Below, in pieces: positions 27,719 through 38,595 of a DNA stretch of 64,000 bases. Position 1 is the stretch's first letter; each line of letters begins with the position of its first letter. Location of the stretch: NCBI GenBank assembly GCA_963843555.1, contig CAWJKV010000003.1, positions 32,001 to 96,000 of the forward strand. Reading direction: 5' to 3'. This DNA is from an uncultured Methanosarcinales archaeon (GTDB lineage Archaea; Halobacteriota; Methanosarcinia; Methanotrichales; Methanotrichaceae). Under the pieces are notes generated by a model. It made no database searches and was not told the origin of the DNA. It worked only from the letters and a program-made list of their open reading frames with translations. The translations under genes were made by a program, and so were the position numbers.

Positions 27719-28903
27719 ATGCAAGACTACTCCCTCAATCAGTTCTTGGCCCTGGCCAAGACACCACCCCTGGACATCGAGATCTGCGATGTAACCCTTC
27801 GCGATGGTGAGCAGATGCCGGGAGTAGTCTTTCGTGCCGATGAAAAACTGGATATTGCTCTGCGGCTGGATGAGATCGGCGTCGAGGTTATAGAAGCCGG
27901 TTTTCCCGTCGTATCCGCGGCAGAGATGAATGCCGTAAAAGAGGTCTGCAATCTGGGACTTGATGCCAAGATCTCAGCCCTCTGCCGGTCCGTCAAGAAG
28001 GATGTCGATGCGGCCATTGAATGCGGCGTGGACATGGTCAGCGTCTTCATCGCTACCTCTGATCTTCATCTCAAGTACAAACTGCACATGAGCTGTCCCG
28101 AGGCGATTTCTTGCGCACTGCAGACGGTGGAGTACGCCAAGGACCATGGCCTGATTGTGCGCTTCTCGGCCGAAGATGCCACGCGCACCGATTTTGAGAT
28201 CTTAAAGAAGCTTTACAAGAAGGCAGAGGAGTACCATGCCGACTACATCAGCGTCGCCGACACCGTGGGGATCATGAATCCGCGCACGACATATTACATG
28301 ATAAGCGAGCTGAAAAAGGTTGTCAAGATCCCCATCTGCATGCACTGCCACGACGACCTGGGAATGGCCCTGGCCAATACCCTGGCCGGAGCGGAAGCAG
28401 GGGCAAAGCAGCTGCACACTACGGTAAACGGCATTGGTGAACGCAGCGGCAACACGCCTTTAGAAGAGCTGCTGGTAACTCTGCGGCTGCATTACGACCT
28501 GGGCGGTTACGATCTCACCAAGGTAAAAGACCTCTCCAAGCTGGTGGAGACCTACTCGGAGGTCCCCGTGGCCAGGAATAAAGCCGTAGTGGGCACGAAT
28601 GCCTTTGCCCATGAGTCGGGAATTCATGTGGCGGCCGTCCTGGAAGAGCCCAGAACCTATGAGCTCTACTCTCCGGAAATGGTGGGCGCTGCCCGGCACA
28701 TCATCATAGGCAAGCACACCGGAGCCAAGGCGCTCAAATACATCACCCAGAGAATGGGCTACTACTTAAAGGACAAGGAGCTGGGCGATCTCTCGGAGCG
28801 GGTGAAGATGTGCAGCGAGTTCAAGCATCCCATAAACTGCGAGGAGCTGCGCAAGTTGATATTGAACATGGAGAATATCGAGGTTATTTATCCGGGACCG
28901 TAG
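27719..28903 (+). CDS. aksA: homocitrate synthase family (AksA-like)
   Basis: DVTLRDGEQ, IEAGFP, FSAEDATR, HCHDDLG, NGIGERSGN, AFAHESGIH; lacks the LeuA regulatory domain. Confidence 0.78.
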   Translation: MQDYSLNQFLALAKTPPLDIEICDVTLRDGEQMPGVVFRADEKLDIALRLDEIGVEVIEAGFPVVSAAEMNAVKEVCNLGLDAKISALCRSVKKDVDAAIECGVDMVSVFIATSDLHLKYKLHMSCPEAISCALQTVEYAKDHGLIVRFSAEDATRTDFEILKKLYKKAEEYHADYISVADTVGIMNPRTTYYMISELKKVVKIPICMHCHDDLGMALANTLAGAEAGAKQLHTTVNGIGERSGNTPLEELLVTLRLHYDLGGYDLTKVKDLSKLVETYSEVPVARNKAVVGTNAFAHESGIHVAAVLEEPRTYELYSPEMVGAARHIIIGKHTGAKALKYITQRMGYYLKDKELGDLSERVKMCSEFKHPINCEELRKLILNMENIEVIYPGP

Positions 28904-29113
28904 TCTGAAATTGTTTCATTTTGAGATATTTCCGATAGTTCCAATCCGAAATCTAAGAAGAAATGAGTTCATCATTTCGAGATACGGGCACTTTAAAGTT
29001 GCTTTTTGGCCCTGAAGGTTCATTGCGAGGGATAAAGCAGAGTTCTCATTGAGGGCTATATTTAAATTCGTTTCCTGCTTTGCTATATCGTGCAACGATA
29101 GGACTGGTGCAAT

Positions 29114-30352
29114 GTGAAAAAGTTTGCTGTGCTCTCTCATGTACTGCCGCCATCTAGTTCGGGTCAGGCCATGGTCCTATACAGGCTGCTGAAAGACTTG
29201 GATCCAGAAAGCTATTGTCTCATATCTCAGCGAAATTATAGCTCTGGGATATACAAGTCCTATACTGGTAGGCTGCCTGGAAGATACAACAAGATTCTGG
29301 CTGAGCTTCGATTTCGCAATCCCGTCATGTTTAGCCGTGGTTTGCTGTCTCCCATTGGTTCAGCTATCCGGTTAATCAATGCCCTGCTAGCAATTGTATG
29401 GATCCCCTTCAGAGGAATGCAGATTGCTCGAATCCTTCACAAAGAGAACTGCGGAGCCGTTGTTGCCTGCACAGCTGACTGGATAAATATCCCTGCCGGC
29501 TACTTAGCAAGCCGACTGATTGGCGTATCATATTTCCCCTACATGTTCGATTACTATTCTTATCAGTGGACAGAACCTTTTTCCAGGTTTTTTGCGAATC
29601 TCATTGAGCCACACATTCTCAAAGGTGCCGCCGGGGTTATAGTTCCTAATGAGTCCTTGCGCGATGAACTGGGGGATCGCTATGGAGTCGAATCGGCAGT
29701 TATCCACAATCCGTATGATGGCCCTGAAGTCGAGACGGATCTGCCCTGGCCGTCTAGTGAAGATGAGATTTGCATAGTGTATACAGGCGCGATCTATTAT
29801 GTGCATTACGACGCATTTCGCAATCTTGTGGCTGCAATAGAGCGACTGGGCAGGGACGACGTCTACCTCCATATCTATACAGGCGATTCTCACAGATTGC
29901 TGCAATCGGAGGGTATTCTTGGACCTGTAAAATATCATGATCATTTGGAACTCTCAGATGCCCTAGAAGTGCAAAAGAAAGCTGATGTTCTATTCTTGCC
30001 GCTGGGTTTTGTCTCTTCAAATCCAAAGATCATAAAGACATCTTCTCCTGGAAAGATGGGTGAATACCTGGCCAGCGGCCGGCCGGTTTTGTTGCACGCA
30101 CCTTCCGACTCATTTGTGAGTCGATATTTTCGGGAGCATGAATGCGGCGTTGTAGTAGACGAGGATAGTGTAGATCATTTGGCCGAGGCTATCCGAGAAC
30201 TCATCGAGGATAAGGATCTAAGAAGCCGGCTGGTCGCAAAGGCGCGCCAATGTGCCCGAGATGATTTTGACCTCGCCTCGAATCGCACCAAGTTCCTTGA
30301 GCTGTTAGGTTCTGAGAATTCCAAAGCACTTTTGACATCGAAAGCAAGGTGA
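29114..30352 (+). CDS. glycosyltransferase (GT-B, family 4-like)
   Basis: IVYTG.IY, ADVLFLP, PGKMGEYLASGRPVL. Confidence 0.82.
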   Translation: MKKFAVLSHVLPPSSSGQAMVLYRLLKDLDPESYCLISQRNYSSGIYKSYTGRLPGRYNKILAELRFRNPVMFSRGLLSPIGSAIRLINALLAIVWIPFRGMQIARILHKENCGAVVACTADWINIPAGYLASRLIGVSYFPYMFDYYSYQWTEPFSRFFANLIEPHILKGAAGVIVPNESLRDELGDRYGVESAVIHNPYDGPEVETDLPWPSSEDEICIVYTGAIYYVHYDAFRNLVAAIERLGRDDVYLHIYTGDSHRLLQSEGILGPVKYHDHLELSDALEVQKKADVLFLPLGFVSSNPKIIKTSSPGKMGEYLASGRPVLLHAPSDSFVSRYFREHECGVVVDEDSVDHLAEAIRELIEDKDLRSRLVAKARQCARDDFDLASNRTKFLELLGSENSKALLTSKAR

Positions 30353-30475
30353 TTTCTCTCCCATCGGCAAGGATGTGGGTATTCTCATCATCTCTCCTCA
30401 CTCCTCTGCCAAGGTTAATGGTCGGATCACTTTTTATATTGGGGTAATATCTCATTGCATACGAAGGTGAATTAA

Positions 30476-31351
30476 GTGAAGGTTCTCGTTCTTGGTGCCA
30501 CTGGGATGCTGGGCCATAAATTGATGCAAATCTTTTCCGAACGGTTTGATGTCACGGGCACTGTGCGCGCCAGCGCTTCAAGTTACAAGAACCATCCTGT
30601 GCTGGGGGGATTGTCCCTGCAAAGCGAGGTTCTGGCTGAGAACTTTGACAGCGTTATCGAGGCCATGGCGCAAGTCAAGCCGGATGTCGTCGTCAATTGC
30701 ATTGGAATTATCAAACAGCATCCGAGTGCCAAGGATCCACTGCGTAGCATCGCCCTCAATTCATTATTTCCCCACCGACTGGCCAGGCTTTGTCATGTTT
30801 CAGGGGCTCGCATGATTCACATCAGCACAGATTGTGTCTTTTCGGGCAGAAGAGGCAATTACTCGGAAGAGGACTTAGCTGACCCTGTGGACCTCTACGG
30901 CCAGAGCAAGCTATTAGGGGAGGTAACGGACCCAGGATGTTTAACCCTTCGCACTTCCATGATAGGGCGAGAGCTGAAAGGCAAGCTTGGTTTGATCGAG
31001 TGGTTCTTTGGTCAAAAGGGCAAAAAGGTGCGCGGCTTTGCTGGTGCGATATATACTGGTTTCACTACTCCAGCTCTAGCAAACCTGATCGGAGATATAA
31101 TTGAAAATCGCCCTGAGCTAAGCGGCATGTGGCATGTATCATCGGATCCTATCAGCAAATACGATCTCTTGAGTCTTGTCAATCAGGAGTTCGAACTGGA
31201 TGTAGAAATAGAAATTGATCAGATATTTCAATGCGACAGAAGCCTCAATAGTACCCGGTTCCGGACAGCAACCGGATTTAAGCCACCCTCCTGGGAGGCG
31301 ATGGTAAACCAGATGGCCAGCGATGCTACTGCATATGATAGGTTGATTTAA
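30476..31351 (+). CDS. RmlD-like NDP-4-keto-6-deoxy sugar reductase (QnlA/WbvR-like)
   Basis: VLGATGMLG, PDVVVNCIGIIKQ, HISTDCVFSG, YGQSK. Confidence 0.85.
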   Translation: MKVLVLGATGMLGHKLMQIFSERFDVTGTVRASASSYKNHPVLGGLSLQSEVLAENFDSVIEAMAQVKPDVVVNCIGIIKQHPSAKDPLRSIALNSLFPHRLARLCHVSGARMIHISTDCVFSGRRGNYSEEDLADPVDLYGQSKLLGEVTDPGCLTLRTSMIGRELKGKLGLIEWFFGQKGKKVRGFAGAIYTGFTTPALANLIGDIIENRPELSGMWHVSSDPISKYDLLSLVNQEFELDVEIEIDQIFQCDRSLNSTRFRTATGFKPPSWEAMVNQMASDATAYDRLI

Positions 31352-31377
31352 TACACTTGAACAATGGAGGCTTCAAT

Positions 31378-32436
31378 ATGTTGAATGGAAAGAGAGTGGT
31401 AATTACCGGCGGCACGGGGTCTTTGGGCAAGGTTCTCTTGATGCGCCTGCTCTCAGGAGAGATGGGTAGGCCAAAGAAGATAATAATCTTCTCCCGTGAT
31501 GAAGCCAAGCAGCATGCTTTGCGTGTAGAATACATGCAACGCAAATCAGCCACTGATGAAGTGATATACAGGAATTTTGAGCAGCTATTGGAGTTTCGTA
31601 TCGGGGACGTTCGTGACTTCCACAGCGTAAGTGAAGTCCTGCGTGATGCGGATGTAGTCTTCAATGCAGCGGCTCTAAAGCAAGTCCCTACCTGCGAGTA
31701 CTTCCCATTTGAGGCAGTGAAGACCAATATTGTCGGTCCGGAGAACATAGTTCGGGCCATAAGAGAGCACGACCTCCCAGTGGAAACAGTTGTAGGCATC
31801 TCTACCGACAAGGCCTGTAAGCCGGTCAATGTGATGGGCATGACTAAAGCCATTCAGGAGAGGGTCTTTATTCGGGCTAATCTGGAATGTTCAGATACAC
31901 GCTTTATTTGCGTGAGGTATGGCAACGTTCTGGCCTCCCGAGGCTCTGTAATTCCGCTCTTCCACGAGCAGATAGCAAATGGAGGTCCCGTGACCATCAC
32001 CACAACTGACATGACTCGCTTTCTCCTCAGCCTGGACCAGGCCGTTGACACCATATTCAACGCTTTGCACAATGCAAATAGGGGGGAGACCTTCATACCA
32101 AGGGTACCATCATCCAAGGTCGTGGATATTGCGGCCGCTTTGATAGGCGAGCGGCCAATAGAGATGGTAGTGACTGGCATTCGCCCCGGCGAAAAGGTAC
32201 ACGAGATTCTCGTATCAGAAGAGGAGGGCCATCGAACTGTGGAGCGTGGGGATTACTATGCCATCTTGCCCATGCTGCCTGAACTGCGCAAATCGGAATT
32301 GGAAGGTACGCCTCTTGGGCATGAGTTCAGCTCTTCTGATAATCTTATGTCCCCTGAAGAGGTGGCTGCATTGCTCAAAAGGCATGATCTGATGCTTCCG
32401 ATGCGGCCAAGTCTTCAGCCGGAGCTGCTAAGATGA
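31378..32436 (+). CDS. UDP-GlcNAc 4,6-dehydratase/5-epimerase (FnlA/CapE/WbjB-like)
   Basis: TGGTGSLG, FSRDEAKQ, AAALKQVPTCE, STDKA..PVN.MG.TK, RYGNVLASRGSVIP, GIRPGEK. Confidence 0.88.
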   Translation: MLNGKRVVITGGTGSLGKVLLMRLLSGEMGRPKKIIIFSRDEAKQHALRVEYMQRKSATDEVIYRNFEQLLEFRIGDVRDFHSVSEVLRDADVVFNAAALKQVPTCEYFPFEAVKTNIVGPENIVRAIREHDLPVETVVGISTDKACKPVNVMGMTKAIQERVFIRANLECSDTRFICVRYGNVLASRGSVIPLFHEQIANGGPVTITTTDMTRFLLSLDQAVDTIFNALHNANRGETFIPRVPSSKVVDIAAALIGERPIEMVVTGIRPGEKVHEILVSEEEGHRTVERGDYYAILPMLPELRKSELEGTPLGHEFSSSDNLMSPEEVAALLKRHDLMLPMRPSLQPELLR

Positions 32437-33509
32437 AGATCATGACTGTTCTGGGCACCAGGCCGGAGTTGATCCGTCTGAGTTGCGTGATCCCCAGACT
32501 GGACAGGCTCTCTGACCATGTATTGGTTCACACGGGACAAAACTTCGATCCCAAGTTAAGCGACCTATTCTTTCAAGAGCTCAGCATCCGCCAGCCGGAT
32601 CACTATCTGGGTGTGAAAGGCGCGACGATAGGCGAGCAGATAGGGAAGATACTTTGGGAGTGTGAAAAGGTCATCCAGAGAGAGCGCCCTGACAGGCTCC
32701 TGATCCTTGGTGATACCAATAGCAGCCTGGCGGCAATCATTGCCAAGCGCATGGGAATTCCTGTGTTTCATATGGAAGCCGGCAATCGCTGCTTTGACGA
32801 CCGGGTTCCTGAAGAGGTAAACCGACGCATAATTGACCACAGCAGCGATATCCTTATGCCTTACACTGAGCGCAGCCGCCAGAATCTCCTCCAGGAGGGC
32901 ATACCAGTAGAGAGGATCTATGTAACAGGCAATCCCATCTTTGAAGTGATACAGAATTATGATTCCAAAATAAGGGAGTCCACTATTCTGGATCAACTCG
33001 GCCTGGAACCGCAGGGTTACTTCCTGGTGACCATGCACCGGGCTGAGAATGTGGATGTGGAAGAGCGGCTGCGGGGGCTCGCTCAGGCCTTTGACCTCAT
33101 GCAAAGGAAGTATGATCTGCCCGTGATCGTAAGCACTCATCCCCATACCAAGATGAGAATGGAGGCTTTCGGCATAGATGCCAAGAACGATAATATAAGG
33201 TTCCTTCCTCCATTCGGTTTCTTCGATTTCGTGACGCTGGAGCGAAATGCCTTATGCACCGTAAGCGATAGCGGTACCGTGCAGGAGGAGTGTTGCATCT
33301 TCAAGAGAGCCAATGTCACCATACGAGATGTAACGGAGAGGCCCGAGACCCTGGAATGCGGCAGCAATATCCTTAGCGGTGCGGATCCGGAAGTGGTGCT
33401 AAGGTGTATCCAGACGGTCCTGGAGGGTGTGGTTGATTGGAGGGTCCCTCCTGAGTACCTGGTTCCCCGCCCAAGCAATGCCGTGGTCAAGATTCTGATG
33501 GGATTATGA
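32433..33509 (+). CDS. non-hydrolysing UDP-HexNAc 2-epimerase (FnlC/QnlB-like)
   Basis: GTRPE.IRL, HTGQNFD, LGDTNS, HMEAGNRCFD, SDSGTVQEE, TERPE. Confidence 0.88.
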   Translation: MKIMTVLGTRPELIRLSCVIPRLDRLSDHVLVHTGQNFDPKLSDLFFQELSIRQPDHYLGVKGATIGEQIGKILWECEKVIQRERPDRLLILGDTNSSLAAIIAKRMGIPVFHMEAGNRCFDDRVPEEVNRRIIDHSSDILMPYTERSRQNLLQEGIPVERIYVTGNPIFEVIQNYDSKIRESTILDQLGLEPQGYFLVTMHRAENVDVEERLRGLAQAFDLMQRKYDLPVIVSTHPHTKMRMEAFGIDAKNDNIRFLPPFGFFDFVTLERNALCTVSDSGTVQEECCIFKRANVTIRDVTERPETLECGSNILSGADPEVVLRCIQTVLEGVVDWRVPPEYLVPRPSNAVVKILMGL

Positions 33510-33625
33510 GATTAGGAGTCGTTATTTGTCAAGCTTCAGATGAAACTCGGGCGACAAAAGTCTCGCCAAATCTTGGCCATTCTCGGACCAGATTGTTATA
33601 AAAGGCTTGACCAGGATTATTCTCT

Positions 33626-35074
33626 ATGAGCGAGTACGGTCTTTTTGCTCAGAGGATCGGGCTGGTTGGACTGGTCAGTCTCTTGTCCAGCCTCAGCGCT
33701 ATGGTAATGCTGCCGGTCCTCACCAAGAACATGTCTCTGTCCGATTTTGGCATTTGGACTCAGGTCAACGTCACCATGGGTCTCGTTTCTACGCTTATGC
33801 TCTTAGGGCTTCCTGATGCCCTTACGAGGTTTGCAGCCGCTGCAAAAACCCGTGCCGAGATGCAGGAGAGCTTCTGGACTATATTTACCACAATTCTAGT
33901 TTGGGGGGGCGCCTTGGCCGTGATCTTTCTCTATTTCTCCGGGACACTGGCAGGGGTTCTCTTTCATGGCGATCTTGCCGTTACTAAAATTGTGCCTATC
34001 ATCATTCTGGTCCATTCGCTAAACATTCTGCTCTCCTATTTCTTCAGGACGGTGCAGCAGATGAAAAGATACTCATTTTTTTCCTTCTTGACCCTTGTTT
34101 TGGATTTGGCCTTCATCTCTGCCCTGGTGCTGACGGGGCACGGCATTCTTGGAGCGGTATTGGCCCTTTTGATTTCCAGGACATTGCTATTCTCGGCCAT
34201 GTTTTACCTCGTAGTCTCGAACATTGGCCTCAGGATGCCGGGGTTCAAGGACATTCGTGCTTACCTGGCATTCGGCCTGCCTATTGTGCCCAGCATATTT
34301 TCCGGCTGGGTGGTAAATTCGAGCGATCGATATGTGATAAACATCCTCCTGGGAACGGCGGCCGTGGCTGTCTACTCCCCCGGCTACATACTGGGCAACA
34401 TTATTGGCATGTTCGCAGGCCCTCTCATGCTCGTCTTGCCGGTTGACCTATCCAAACATTTTGATAGAGATAGAGCGGATATGGTGGAGATCATGTTGAG
34501 CCGTTCGCTGAAGTATTACCTGGCCTTAGCTATACCATCCTTCTTTGGAGTATCTTTGCTGTCGAAGCCTATACTCTCGGTGCTTTCCACAGAGGTTATT
34601 GCCTCTCAAGGGTACCTGATAACTCCATTCATCGCGGCGAGCATGATCCTGTATGGAATCACAACCATATTATCCAATGTTCTCTCACTCCAGAGGAAAA
34701 CTGTGCAGATCGGTCTGATCTGGATGGGTGCAGCTCTCTTGAATTTGATTGCAACTGTGGCTTTGGTTCATTATTTGGGCATAATAGGTGGAGCGATGGC
34801 CACCCTTGTCGCTTTCGCTTTTGTCTTCTTGCTGGTGGCTTATATATCCTCCCGTTATATGAAGATGAGAGTGGACTATGTCTTTCTGACAAAGAGTCTG
34901 GCTGCCTCTTTGCTCATGTCCGGAGTCATCCTGGCCTGGGTACCATCCAGCCTTGTGGAAATATTTGCTGAGATCGGGATTTGTGGCATTATTTACTTTA
35001 GTACCTTATGCATCCTGGGTGGATTTGAGAGGACAGAGATAGAATTCTTAAGAAACACAATATTCAAAAAATAA
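33626..35074 (+). CDS. Wzx/MOP-family oligosaccharide flippase
   Basis: 482 aa polytopic membrane protein; PVLTK.MS.SDFG, FGLP, SSDRYVI...LG. Confidence 0.88.
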   Translation: MSEYGLFAQRIGLVGLVSLLSSLSAMVMLPVLTKNMSLSDFGIWTQVNVTMGLVSTLMLLGLPDALTRFAAAAKTRAEMQESFWTIFTTILVWGGALAVIFLYFSGTLAGVLFHGDLAVTKIVPIIILVHSLNILLSYFFRTVQQMKRYSFFSFLTLVLDLAFISALVLTGHGILGAVLALLISRTLLFSAMFYLVVSNIGLRMPGFKDIRAYLAFGLPIVPSIFSGWVVNSSDRYVINILLGTAAVAVYSPGYILGNIIGMFAGPLMLVLPVDLSKHFDRDRADMVEIMLSRSLKYYLALAIPSFFGVSLLSKPILSVLSTEVIASQGYLITPFIAASMILYGITTILSNVLSLQRKTVQIGLIWMGAALLNLIATVALVHYLGIIGGAMATLVAFAFVFLLVAYISSRYMKMRVDYVFLTKSLAASLLMSGVILAWVPSSLVEIFAEIGICGIIYFSTLCILGGFERTEIEFLRNTIFKK

Positions 35075-35129
35075 GTATAAATATATCCATTTTAGCCACG
35101 ATACTTGCAAGGGGGTAATGGTATGTGAG

Positions 35130-36340
35130 TCACCGGGTCTGGTTTTTGGGTTTGGACTTCAAAACGCTTTTGTACACATCATAGATCATCTTCCCCACCA
35201 CAAGAGAGCTGAAGCGGCTCTTTGCGTATTTGGCAATCTCTTTCGAGTCGTATCTCCCGTAGTTATCCAGCATGTAGTCCATGGCTTTGGCCAGTCCCTC
35301 TACATCGCTCTTCTCTACCAGGATCCCACATTTATCATCGACAAATTCCTCCGGCCCTCCGCATCTGGTGGCAATCACAGGTTTGCCGCAGAGTCAGAGA
35401 CTCGGCTGCGGAGACTGAGAATGTCTCGAATTTGCTATTGATTACGGAAAAGTCGGAGCCTTGAATGAAAGTCTCTACCTCGTCTGCATCCACCATGCCG
35501 TGGAAGTAGATCATACTATTGAGGAGGCCGTAATTGCTGGCCATATCTTCGAGTTTCTTCCTGTCGTTTCCATCGCCAATGAGGTGGAGCTCGAAATCGG
35601 ACCTCTTTTGCTTCAATATCCTTATGGCCTCGATTATCCCGGATACATTCTTGACTTCATCTTTCAATAAAGATATGTGAATTATTATCTTTTTGTCACC
35701 ATGCCGGACAAGGGATCTGTCGGGACGCTCTGGGACATCCACTACATTGGGGATGACGAAGAAGTCGATTCTCTATTCCGCAGGCCTTCATGGCATCTCT
35801 CAGCTGCAGCTCACTGCCATTAATGCCAGAGCTTTATTTCCGACAGCTCTGATTAAGTATTTTCCAACGTGAAGAACGCCGATAGAAGGTGCCGTCCTCC
35901 TTTAGATATCCTGCCCAGTGCTCTGTCACTACATAAGGTATACCTCTTAAGAATTTTAGGGCCAGACCCATGAGACCCGATAAAGAATGACATTAACGTG
36001 AGCCAGATCGGGCCTACCGAACTCCTTTTCGATGATCCTGTATCCATAAGTTCAGCTCTGGAAATCAAATTCATAGATTACTATGCTGGTCATAGAAATA
36101 TTTCATCCACTCATTCTTGTATTGCTGCTTCTTTTGTATACCTTGACCTCGATGAGATTGCGTTCTCTTGTTACCTCGGCTTTCGTTTCTGTATCGCCGA
36201 TTTGACGTAAAGCACGGAATATCGCAGTATCTGGAGACTGCAATGGCATGCCTTTCTACAAAGATCCCGCTCACTGGATTCTCCTTATCGGGTACCAGCT
36301 TGCCAAGAACAGAGAATCTTCAGCCTTCAGCTTCTGACTT
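35130..36340 (-). CDS. glycosyltransferase family 4; heavily frameshifted, boundaries approximate
   Basis: Fragments LFLASWYP, GIFVERHA, VIPNVVD, KNVSGIIEA, SKFETFSV.AAE, IATRCGGPEEFV. Confidence 0.7.
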
Positions 36341-36424
36341 ATCGGCCAACGTACCGCCTCGCAAAAGGCTAAAGTCCGCATCGATTGAACAGCAAGCTCC
36401 TGTCCAACGTTTTGATGATTTTTC

Positions 36425-37605
36425 CTAAAGGCGGCGGACCATTTTGACATCTCAATTTTTGACATCTCAATGATCCTATGATGATTTGATGGCCTCAAAA
36501 GATCACTTCGGCTCGTTTGTTCCAGGTATGCTCTAGCCCTCATGCTCATCATCTTCTTGGAGATCTTCTCACGCATGGAAGGATCGTTTATGAGCTTCTC
36601 TATCTCCTGACGCTAGAGGCGACTTCGTTATAGTCAAAATAGATTATTGCCACCTTGTTTCCCAAGTCCAATGAGAGACTGACACTTGCGTGCACAGTAT
36701 CGATTTTCCAGTTCCAAGGTACTCAAAGATCTTGGTGGGCGAGCTGTAATTAATGTACCCGACACGGCAGATCATAGGGCATCACAAAGACGTCCATCTC
36801 CCTCAAGGCAGCGGGCAGATCCTTCCTGGGAATCGTTGCCCTGTTTTATAAAATTGCTTTTTTCTATAGTATTCTTCAAATCAGGAGAGATTCCATCTCC
36901 ATAAGATCCAAAAATATACAGCTTCAGAAAAGGACACCGCTGCTGCAAGCTCTCGCAGGCCTTCACCAATATATCGATGCCCCGGTTCTTCGTCAGTCCT
37001 CCAATGTAGCAGACGTTAAACCTATTTTCTGCGCTTTTGTAGGGGTCCGGAAAGAGCCGGCAGGAACTTCGTCTTCAAAGGCGTTGGGCAGAAATATTAC
37101 CCGTTTATGGCTGGATATCTTATATTTTTCTGCAAGATAACCCCACATGAAGCTGTTCAAAGCCAGGACAATGGTCGCATTTTTAAAATAATATTCTTCT
37201 TGATATTCATTTAAAGCTGATCCGCTTGAACCGACTGCCTCTCCCTGCTCAACTGTATCGTGAATATCCAGGATTACTTTTAAATCCAGCATTCTGCAAA
37301 ATCGGAAGAGCATTCGATTCTGAACGGTAGTTAAAGAGTGCGGGTAAGCAAAATAGACCAACGGCCGGTAACGAATCAGCGGCAAAGCCGATCGCAGGGC
37401 TACCGCAGTCTTTAGCACGTTGTTGTACAGTATGCCCACTAGTCCTTTTTTGGGGAGCAAATGAAAGCGGATGGCCATCACTTCCATGTCCTCAAAATTT
37501 TTCAGCTCATTTAGCAGGAAATGTATGCGCGTATATGTAGGCGAAGTATTCTCTTCCAGAGCTTTCTATCACCTCGCCGTTTACTACGGCAAAGAGCTTC
37601 GTCAT
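36425..37605 (-). CDS. glycosyltransferase; heavily frameshifted, boundaries approximate
   Basis: ATG at 37605 abutting the upstream stop; fragments ILDIHD, FLPNA, GIDILVKAC, EKLINDPSMREK. Confidence 0.6.
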
Positions 37606-38574
37606 CTAAAAAGCGCCTCTATAGACTCTATCAGGGCCTTTTCTCTTCTTGCAAGAGAGAACTAGATCCTCGATCCGTCTCCTGGCACGGGCTCCGTTGT
37701 CCGATCTCAAGGCCTCTTTGATTCCTCGGGCGGTAGCCATCTCATCCTCATAGGCGACATAGAATCCTGTATCGCCCACAACCTCGGGCAATGCTCCCTT
37801 CTCCGTAACAACAGGCACGCATTCGCAGAGCATGGCCTCGGCCAGGGACATGCCGAAGCTCTCATAGGCAGAAACCTGAACGTAGACCCGGGCCCTCTGA
37901 TACCATAAGAGCAGCTCCTGGTCAGTGACAAAACCGGTGAAGCTCACATTGGGTGATGCGATAGATCTCAGGTGGTTGATGGAATCATCCTGCTCCTTTC
38001 CGATGACAACGAATCTGGCCTCCGGCACCAGACCGGCGGACTTGACGAAAGTCTCCAACCCTTTTCTCGACAGATTGGACCGGCTCACCCCACCTACCGT
38101 TATCACCAGGTCTTCTTTCTCGCCATCTGCCTGGAAACTTTTTATATTGACGCCGTTATATATAACCAGATTTTTCTTTGGTTGAGCCCATCTCAGAACC
38201 TCTTTTTTTGTGAATTCTGAGACGGGCAGAATGAGGTCGGCATATTTCAAAGAAAAAGAAGTCATGAATCTCTTGGCCCGGGAGAGGGTGAATTGGCCGT
38301 AGTTGATCTCAGGAACGCAGGCAACATCGTAGCCGCCTGCAATCACAATGGACTTCTTGCCAAGCAGCTTTGAGAAGAGGACCGCGGCAAAAGAGTGACC
38401 GGATGCAAACCAGGAGAAAGAGACATCGCATTTCAATACTGATTCCAAAATCTTAAATATGTCCGCCGATCGCCTGTAATTAACTCTTATGACTTCAAAA
38501 TGTCGGGCCAGGATCTCTTCATCCTGCCGAACGAAAGACGAAAAATCATAATATATAAAGGCGATCTTCATCAT
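37606..38574 (-). CDS. glycosyltransferase family 4
   Basis: VIYNGV, RKGLETFV, ESFGMSLAEAM.C.CVPV, GALPEVVG; probable indel near the 3' end. Confidence 0.88.
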   Translation of the reverse strand: MMKIAFIYYDFSSFVRQDEEILARHFEVIRVNYRRSADIFKILESVLKCDVSFSWFASGHSFAAVLFSKLLGKKSIVIAGGYDVACVPEINYGQFTLSRAKRFMTSFSLKYADLILPVSEFTKKEVLRWAQPKKNLVIYNGVNIKSFQADGEKEDLVITVGGVSRSNLSRKGLETFVKSAGLVPEARFVVIGKEQDDSINHLRSIASPNVSFTGFVTDQELLLWYQRARVYVQVSAYESFGMSLAEAMLCECVPVVTEKGALPEVVGDTGFYVAYEDEMATARGIKEALRSDNGARARRRIEDLVLSCKKRKGPDRVYRGAF

Positions 38575-38595
38575 TGCTATCCTAATCCGACGCAT

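Noticed and set aside
36442..36471. Exact 15-bp tandem duplication TTTTGACATCTCAAT
   Set aside because: Only two copies near a gene end in the most error-prone zone; slippage or artefact
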